From NCBI GenBank assembly GCA_045531815.1, contig JAZSER010000043.1, forward strand, positions 2,297 to 66,296: a stretch of DNA of 64,000 nt, read 5' to 3'. This document shows positions 57,333-64,000 of the stretch, in pieces. The stretch is from Faecousia sp. Lineage in GTDB: Bacteria; Bacillota; Clostridia; Oscillospirales; Oscillospiraceae. The notes beneath the pieces were generated by a model. That model searched no databases and was not told the DNA's origin. It was given only the letters and a program-made list of their open reading frames with translations. Numbering within the stretch: position 1 is the first letter of the stretch; each line of letters begins with the position of its first letter. The position numbers and the translations under genes are program-made.

Positions 57333-60122
57333 ATGGAGTATAAGAATACGATTATCACACCCAAAACCGACTTCCCCATGAAAGCCGGTCTGCCCAACCG
57401 TGAGCGCGGTATGCTGGAGCGCTGGGAGCAGCAGGAGCTGTATCAGCAGATGCTGGAAAAGAACAAGGATCTGCCCCCCTTCATTCTGCACGACGGCCCT
57501 CCCTTCTCCAACGGCTTTATCCACATGGGTCACGCCCTGAACAAGACACTCAAGGATTTTATTATCCGCAGCCATGCCATGATGGGGTTCTATACCCCCT
57601 ATGTCCCCGGCTGGGATAATCACGGTTTGCCCATTGAGCGTGCAATCGAAAAGTCCAAGAGCAAGCTCAACAAGGATATGACGGTTACTGAATTCCGCAA
57701 GGCTTGCGAAGATTTTGCTGAGGACTTCATCCAAAAGCAGATGGGCGGATTCAAGCGTCTTGGCGTAGTGGGTGATTGGAAGAAGCCCTACCGCACTATG
57801 GACAAGCACTTCGAGGCCCAGGAGGTCAAGGTCTTTGGCCGGATGTTTGACAAGGGATACATCTACAAGGGATTAAAGCCCGTTACCTGGTGTCCTTTCT
57901 GTGCTACCGCTGTTGCTGAAGCTGATATTGAATATCAGGACGATCCCTGTACCTCTGTATATGTCAAGTTCCCCATGCACGATGATCTTGGCAAGCTTGC
58001 AGGCTTTGATCTGAGCAAGACCTTCTTTGTAATCTGGACAACCACCATTTGCACGCTGCCCGGCAATATGGCTATCTGCCTGCATCCCCGGGATAGCTAT
58101 GTTTTGGTAAAGGCCGATAACGGTGAGACATACATCATGGCAGAAGCCCTGATGGACAAGACTATGCAGATCGCAGGTTTTGAAAACTATCAGGTCCTTG
58201 CTACCTACCCCGGTGCATTCTTCGAAAACATGCTGGCAAAGCATCCCTTCCTGGACAAGACCTCCCGGTTGGTATACGCTGAGTATGTTACCATGGATTC
58301 CGGTACAGGCTGTGTCCACACTGCCCCCGGCTTTGGTGCTGATGACTATCAGACTTGTATGCGTTACGGCATGGAGCTTGTGGTTCCTGTTGACGACTAT
58401 GGCCGTCACACGGATTACGCCGGCAAGTACGCTGGTTTAAAGACCGAAGATTCCAACCCCGTGATCCTGGAAGACATGAAGCAGTCCGGTGCGCTGTTCG
58501 CCTCCGAGCAGATCGTTCACTCCTACCCCCACCACGATCGCTGCAAGAAGCCTGTTATTTTCCGCGCAACACCTCAGTGGTTCTGCTCTGTGGAGTCCTT
58601 TAAGGATCAGGCTGTTGAAGCAATCGAAAATGTTCAGTGGTTCCCCGGTTGGGGCGGTGACCGCATGGTCAGCATGATCCGTGAGCGCGCCGATTGGTGC
58701 ATCTCCCGTCAGCGCCGTTGGGGTCTGCCGATTCCTGTTTTCTACTGCCAGGATTGCGGAAAGCCCGTATCCACTTCGGAAACCATTGAAAAGCTTTCCG
58801 GTCTGTTCGATGAATACGGCTCCAATGTATGGTTCGAAAAGGAAGCTGCCGAGCTGATCCCCGAGGGCTTTACCTGCCCCCACTGCTCCGGCAAGACCTT
58901 TACAAAGGAAACCGACACCCTGGACTGCTGGTTCGATTCCGGTTCTACCCACTTTGCATCTCTGATGAAGGATACTCCTGAGCTTTGGCCTGCAGATGTT
59001 TATCTGGAAGGCGCTGATCAGTACCGTGGTTGGTTCCAGTCCAGCCTGCTGACCTCTGTTGGCGCTTTGGATCAGGGCGCTCCCTTCAAGCAGGTTCTGA
59101 CCCACGGCTGGGTCGTCGACGGACAGGGCCGTGCCATGCACAAATCTCTCGGTAACGGCGTAGATCCCGCTGACCTGATCAAGGATTTCGGTGCGGATAT
59201 CGTCCGTCTTTGGGCCGCTTCTTCTGACTACCATGCAGATGTTCGCTGCTCCAAGGAGATCTTCAAGCAGATCGCACAGAACTATCTGAAGTTCCGCAAC
59301 ACTGCCCGGTACTGCCTGGGTAACCTCAATGAGTTTGACCCGGATCAGCTTGTTGGCGCAGAGCAGATGGAGGAGCTGGACAAGTGGGCTCTGACCAAGT
59401 TGGATGCTTTGGTACAGACCGTGCGCAACGCTTACAGCAACTACGAATTCCATGTGATCTCCCATGCCATCAACGATTTCTGCGTTGTTGAGCTCAGCAG
59501 CTTCTACCTAGATATTCTGAAGGACCGTTTGTACTGCGAAGAGAAGGATGGCCTGCGCCGCCGCTCTGCTTTGAGTGCATTGTTCCTCATTGTCGATGCC
59601 CTTGCCAAGCTGTTCGCCCCCATTCTGGCATTTACCTGTGACGAGATCTGGCAGGCTATGCCCCACCGCTCCGGTGACGATGCCAGAAATGTTCTGCTGA
59701 ATCAGATGCCTGAGGGCTTCGCTGATTACAAGCTGGATGATGCTGCTATGGACAAGTGGGCTACCATCATGAAGCTGCGTCAGGATGTGAACGGTGTTCT
59801 GGAAATTGCCCGTGCAGACAAGCGTATCGGTAAGGCCTTGGAGGCACATGTGAGCCTGCAGACCGATGACAATGCGCTGATGGAGCTGTGTAAGGATGTA
59901 AACCTTGCTGAGATCTGCATCGTTTCTTCCTGCAGCTGGGAAGCAACCGCTGAAGGTGCTGTTACCGGCAACGGTACTAACCTGCCGCAGTTGACCATCG
60001 GTGTTACCGAGGCCCGTGGTGAAAAGTGCCCCCGCTGCTGGATGCACTCCCTGCAGGCCAACGCAGAAGGCCTCTGCCCCCGCTGTGCTGCAGTCATCGC
60101 AAAAATGGATATCGAAATCTGA
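57333..60122 (+). CDS. ileS: Isoleucyl-tRNA synthetase, type 1
   Basis: HDGPP, HMGH, WCISRQR, AMHKS, C-terminal CPRC..CPRC. Confidence 0.97.
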   Translation: MEYKNTIITPKTDFPMKAGLPNRERGMLERWEQQELYQQMLEKNKDLPPFILHDGPPFSNGFIHMGHALNKTLKDFIIRSHAMMGFYTPYVPGWDNHGLPIERAIEKSKSKLNKDMTVTEFRKACEDFAEDFIQKQMGGFKRLGVVGDWKKPYRTMDKHFEAQEVKVFGRMFDKGYIYKGLKPVTWCPFCATAVAEADIEYQDDPCTSVYVKFPMHDDLGKLAGFDLSKTFFVIWTTTICTLPGNMAICLHPRDSYVLVKADNGETYIMAEALMDKTMQIAGFENYQVLATYPGAFFENMLAKHPFLDKTSRLVYAEYVTMDSGTGCVHTAPGFGADDYQTCMRYGMELVVPVDDYGRHTDYAGKYAGLKTEDSNPVILEDMKQSGALFASEQIVHSYPHHDRCKKPVIFRATPQWFCSVESFKDQAVEAIENVQWFPGWGGDRMVSMIRERADWCISRQRRWGLPIPVFYCQDCGKPVSTSETIEKLSGLFDEYGSNVWFEKEAAELIPEGFTCPHCSGKTFTKETDTLDCWFDSGSTHFASLMKDTPELWPADVYLEGADQYRGWFQSSLLTSVGALDQGAPFKQVLTHGWVVDGQGRAMHKSLGNGVDPADLIKDFGADIVRLWAASSDYHADVRCSKEIFKQIAQNYLKFRNTARYCLGNLNEFDPDQLVGAEQMEELDKWALTKLDALVQTVRNAYSNYEFHVISHAINDFCVVELSSFYLDILKDRLYCEEKDGLRRRSALSALFLIVDALAKLFAPILAFTCDEIWQAMPHRSGDDARNVLLNQMPEGFADYKLDDAAMDKWATIMKLRQDVNGVLEIARADKRIGKALEAHVSLQTDDNALMELCKDVNLAEICIVSSCSWEATAEGAVTGNGTNLPQLTIGVTEARGEKCPRCWMHSLQANAEGLCPRCAAVIAKMDIEI

Positions 60123-60136
60123 TCCAATCATATTTT

Positions 60137-60172
60137 TCGCCCGTCTTGGCAATGCCAAGACGGGCGATTTTT
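60137..60172. terminator. Terminator after ileS
   Basis: TCGCCCGTCTTGGCA-A-TGCCAAGACGGGCGA-TTTTT. Confidence 0.82.
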
Positions 60173-60183
60173 AATTCCTATAT

Positions 60184-61176
60184 TTACTTTTGACCGATCT
60201 CATAGGTCATTCTGTCACCATCTGATGATATATGAATATACCCAAAATCCCTGTCGTTCAGCAGTTGTGCACCTACCGCATCAACAACTTCTTTTACCTC
60301 ATCAACAATCGGTGCATAACCGGTGGAAACCACCAGTTCTGGCGTAGTAGCAAAAAGCAAAGTTGCAGAATTGGATGTTTGAGAACCGTGGTGCATTGCC
60401 TTCATCAGATCCACATCCAACAATTCCTTTTCCCCACTGTAATCTGCCACCATTTCCTCTTCTCCACTGACAAACACATCGCCACCGAACAAAGAGGAAT
60501 GATTTTTGTAATCAAATCGGATCACAATAGAACTGTTATTGATATCCTCTACCGCATCGTATTCGTGGCCGGAGGTAAAGGTCTGTCCTGCAATCCCCTC
60601 CCGGGGCCACAGAATCTTAGCCGAAACCAAGCCGAAGTCCAGCGCATCTCCCTGTTTCAATATCTGTACCGGAATATTCTTTTGCTTGCAGATATCATCG
60701 ATGGCCGTAACGCCTATCGTCCAATTCTCATTGAATGCACCGTTATGATACACTTGGCCGACCTCAAATGCGTCAAACACACCGCCTTCCACCAATGCCG
60801 CATAACAATGGTCATTATGGGGATGGGAGAACATCATATAATCCAGCTTCTTGATGCCCAGTCGCTTGAGATTTTCTACCAGCACCTGCGCATAGGTCTG
60901 CATACCGGTATCCAGCAGCATTGTCTTCCCATCCGGGAATACGATCAGGCAACTGTCACCCCATTTTTCAGGATAATTAGGATGCGTAGGATCTGTAATC
61001 ATTCCTTGCGCTGACATAAAATAATAATGAATGCAGCCATCTTCTTTTGCCTGCTTAACCGCATTTACTTCCCAGGGAATGGCATACTGCTCCAGTTCTT
61101 CAGGAAATCTGTATCCACAGGCAGTGACAGAGAGCAGCACCAGCATTACTAAGATCAAAGCGACTCCCTTTTTCAT
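60184..61176 (-). CDS. ComEC/Rec2-like metallo-beta-lactamase-fold lipoprotein
   Basis: Lipobox VTAC, GDS, LLDTG, SHPHNDH, NNSS, HHGS. Confidence 0.85.
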   Translation of the reverse strand: MKKGVALILVMLVLLSVTACGYRFPEELEQYAIPWEVNAVKQAKEDGCIHYYFMSAQGMITDPTHPNYPEKWGDSCLIVFPDGKTMLLDTGMQTYAQVLVENLKRLGIKKLDYMMFSHPHNDHCYAALVEGGVFDAFEVGQVYHNGAFNENWTIGVTAIDDICKQKNIPVQILKQGDALDFGLVSAKILWPREGIAGQTFTSGHEYDAVEDINNSSIVIRFDYKNHSSLFGGDVFVSGEEEMVADYSGEKELLDVDLMKAMHHGSQTSNSATLLFATTPELVVSTGYAPIVDEVKEVVDAVGAQLLNDRDFGYIHISSDGDRMTYEIGQK

Positions 61177-61294
61177 CTGATCTCCTCCTACCAATCATAA
61201 AATGGTTTATTTTTCCAAGAAGTTTCCCATATTCATCATTTATGAAGATTGTTGACCCTAATTTTACAAGGGACGGTTATCCGTACCTTGACTG

Positions 61295-62827
61295 TTATTC
61301 TACGATGTCCACGACAACATTCTGCTCATTGAACATCAGTTTTCCGGAATCCCGGCTCAACACCTTCTGTGCCGTAGCTTCGTCAATAGCCAGCATATTC
61401 TTCACTTCAGTACCGGCAAACATCTGGAAGGCATAATAGCCGTTCTTCACCGCCGTTGCTTCCGTGCTGACACGCACATACTCCACGCCGTCGCTGACGG
61501 GTACAAATGCTTGGGTAACATAGCCCTCTGCCTTCTCTTTTTCCGTATAACCGGCATCTGTAAAGAGCTTATCCAGCATCCTGGTATGCTCCTCCTGCAG
61601 CGTCTCGGCAGTACCTTGGGGATACTTGGTGATCCGCACCTCATAGGCATAATACGGGAACGCATCCGGTGTGGGCAGATAGCCGTTATAGCCGTTGGCG
61701 CAGGATGCATAAATGGTCATTGGGTACTTGGAAGTGTCCCGTACCGCCTGGGCATTTTTGCTGAAGATCTCCGCAGGTGCGGTGGCAAAGGCCACATCAC
61801 CGATGGAGAAGGCATACAGCGCTACATCGTTCGGCTTGCCGTTTTTCAGCAGGGACAGCACACTTTCCTGCAGATAGATCTTGCCGGTCTCAGCGCTTTG
61901 GCAGGAAAGCTCCATCACCTGCTTCGCCATAAATTTACCGTGGTCAATATAGTTTTCAAACTGATTCTCGCTCTTGATCTGAGACATATTATTCATATTT
62001 CCGGAGCCGCCCAAAATAAAGATAGGCAGGCAATTTCCGGCATTCTCCAGTTCTTGACGCATTATGCCGGGAGAGCAAGCGTTTGCAGAATTGTAGCCTG
62101 CGCCATCCGCCATCAGGTGACCTTGCCAGTTGACCAAAACCACATCCTTGCTGCCCTCACGGGTAAATTTCACCACCTGCAGCAAGTTGTCCGGGGCATA
62201 GGCATGTCCAACAATATCCTGCTTCACAGTGCCAACACCTTCACCAAGCAAGCTGCCGTCCTTCAGCAGATAATGGCGAACGAAATTAACCCCCTCCAGG
62301 CGGGTAAAGCCGGTTTCCATCTTGGCAGCAGCCCGGTCAGCCAAAGCCTCCTGGGCGATCCGAACCCCTTCTTCTGTTTGATTTTTCACAAACTGATCGA
62401 TGGCAGTGGTTCCTCGCAGATGGGTCTCCGGACCGTAGTGATTATGGGTCACATGGTAGATAATGTGATCCTTAGGCACACCGGTGGCAGCAGAGACCGC
62501 ATTCCGCAGGTCATCCGCAACATAATCGTAGGCCATCAGCAGATCCGCCGCAAAGAACAGCACCGTCTCCCCTTCTTCGTCCGTCATGGCCACACAGATC
62601 AACTCCAGGGGCAACTCCGTATTCTGCGACCAACGGGTATCGGAATCGGAATATCCACCCATAGGAACAGACTCCTTAGGAGAAATATCCGCCTTTGCAT
62701 AGCCCACAGAAAATGCCGCCGGCGTATCTGTTTTTCCACCGGTCTCGTCATTTGGATTCCCACCGCAGGCTGCCAAAGAAAGGGCAACGATAGCAGCAAT
62801 GGCAATTCCCAGAATTCTTTTCACCAT
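61295..62827 (-). CDS. Neutral/alkaline ceramidase-like lipoprotein
   Basis: Lipobox LAAC, VGYAKADISP..PMGGY, THNHYGP, NGYNGYLP. Confidence 0.7.
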   Translation of the reverse strand: MVKRILGIAIAAIVALSLAACGGNPNDETGGKTDTPAAFSVGYAKADISPKESVPMGGYSDSDTRWSQNTELPLELICVAMTDEEGETVLFFAADLLMAYDYVADDLRNAVSAATGVPKDHIIYHVTHNHYGPETHLRGTTAIDQFVKNQTEEGVRIAQEALADRAAAKMETGFTRLEGVNFVRHYLLKDGSLLGEGVGTVKQDIVGHAYAPDNLLQVVKFTREGSKDVVLVNWQGHLMADGAGYNSANACSPGIMRQELENAGNCLPIFILGGSGNMNNMSQIKSENQFENYIDHGKFMAKQVMELSCQSAETGKIYLQESVLSLLKNGKPNDVALYAFSIGDVAFATAPAEIFSKNAQAVRDTSKYPMTIYASCANGYNGYLPTPDAFPYYAYEVRITKYPQGTAETLQEEHTRMLDKLFTDAGYTEKEKAEGYVTQAFVPVSDGVEYVRVSTEATAVKNGYYAFQMFAGTEVKNMLAIDEATAQKVLSRDSGKLMFNEQNVVVDIVE

Positions 62828-62962
62828 CTGACATAACCTCTCTCAATATATTTTTAGCGCCGGAGGTATATCCCCCGGTGCTATCATTATATCATGTGTA
62901 ATATTGGAAATAGAATTGATAATTCCATTGTTTTTATGTACAATCCTGCTGTTTCAGGATCA

Positions 62963-64000
62963 TCACCATAGGTAGCTATCCCCGCTCCACTCCCGGTTCT
63001 TCCGGAAGGGATACATATCCTTAGGAACGTTTTTCCAGTGGAAGCGGAGAAGATTGGATGCACCGGCACCGGGGGTGTCTGCCACATAAATGAGATCCGT
63101 GATCGGCGCGTAGAAGGCCCGGAAAGAGGTGTTGGCCTTGACCACCAGCAGATCATACTCTGCCGGCTCGATTCCGAAATACCGGTAAACCTCCGGCATC
63201 CGGGTGCTGTTGCCGTTTGTTCCAACGATCACTGTCAATGCCCCGAATTGTATCACCGCAGCTCTTCCGATCTCCGGGTACTTGCTGCCCACTTCGTTTT
63301 CGTAAAGTCCCAGTACCGTACCCTCTGCCTTCAGTGGTCCAGCTAAGCCGGGGGTATAGCCTGCACCTACGGAAAATACGCCTGTGGCGCCCTCCCCCAT
63401 TTGGAACGCCTGCTGCACAGCCGCAGCATCCCGGATAAAGGTAGCAGCCTTCAGCTTGCTGCCCCGCTCCAACAGCCGCAGTGCTGCCGCAGGGCTATCT
63501 CCCACAGCACCGCCATTGGGAGAATCCGCAGAATCCGCAAGGATCACAGGCTTTCCGGTCTTGTTCTTTTCTGCGATATCGATGATTGCATCCACATCCA
63601 CCAGGTCCGGCCACATTTCTTCCCGGATAGCAAACAGTTCCTTTGCCAGTTCTTCTGCCTTCTTTTTGGCTGTCTGGGGATCCTTTGCCACAGTCAGCAC
63701 TGTGCTGTTAATGCTTTCCACATCCAGCCAGGGCTGAACCACAAAAATGCTGAAATCCATCAGCGTGCCATCCTTGACCAAGGATTTTGCCTTGTCCATC
63801 AGCGCACCAAAGGCGCCCGCCTTATCGGTATAGCCTGCCGGCGGGACCAGCATGGGTACGATACTTGCAGCACATACCATTTCTGCCCCTTCCAGCATCG
63901 CCAGGCACAGCTTCGCCGCACGATAGCCTGTTTCATACAGGTCGATATGCGGATATGTCTGATAGCCGCAGATAAAGTCCGCATTATCGAGCATCTTTTG
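62963..64000 (-). CDS. MlrC / peptidase M81 family protein (5' part outside window)
   Basis: YQTYPHIDLYETG, DSADSPNGG, VVKANTSFRA, DTPG. Confidence 0.85.
   Translation of the reverse strand, partial: QKMLDNADFICGYQTYPHIDLYETGYRAAKLCLAMLEGAEMVCAASIVPMLVPPAGYTDKAGAFGALMDKAKSLVKDGTLMDFSIFVVQPWLDVESINSTVLTVAKDPQTAKKKAEELAKELFAIREEMWPDLVDVDAIIDIAEKNKTGKPVILADSADSPNGGAVGDSPAAALRLLERGSKLKAATFIRDAAAVQQAFQMGEGATGVFSVGAGYTPGLAGPLKAEGTVLGLYENEVGSKYPEIGRAAVIQFGALTVIVGTNGNSTRMPEVYRYFGIEPAEYDLLVVKANTSFRAFYAPITDLIYVADTPGAGASNLLRFHWKNVPKDMYPFRKNREWSGDSYLW

Noticed and set aside
60184-61176. True metallo-beta-lactamase or competence channel
   Set aside because: Motifs match the ComEC/Rec2-like hydrolase subgroup and there is no membrane channel domain.

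Overview
Mostly core chromosome of a spore-forming Clostridia-class Firmicute (Oscillospiraceae-like, inferred from gene set and gene order): feoAB, nth, spoVB-like flippase, two pepD, secG, prfB, small acyl-CoA and sugar-acid modules, ftsH-hpt-tilS-dnaB-rplI-gdpP, rnj, miaB-mutS-mutL-miaA-hfq, yggS-sepF-divIVA-Tbox-ileS. The standout is a ~10.55 kb island (15622-26172) inserted in the anticodon loop of tRNA-Arg(CCT). The host tRNA is left in two halves (15582-15621 and 26173-26217, shared core CTCCTAAG) and is not repaired by the usual 3' duplication; the island instead carries a complete, divergent tRNA-Arg(CCT) placed behind the host promoter. No integrase, relaxase or Rep is recognisable in it. 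Its 1.4 kb ORF-free left arm holds a ~460 nt highly structured candidate ncRNA, two similar promoters with LexA-like boxes, three ~70 bp repeats and four phased 22-bp repeats. The cargo is an envelope-stress-type two-component system, two ABC transporters, three paralogous small membrane proteins and an 11-mer-repeat protein. All calls were made by eye; no searches or folding programs were run.
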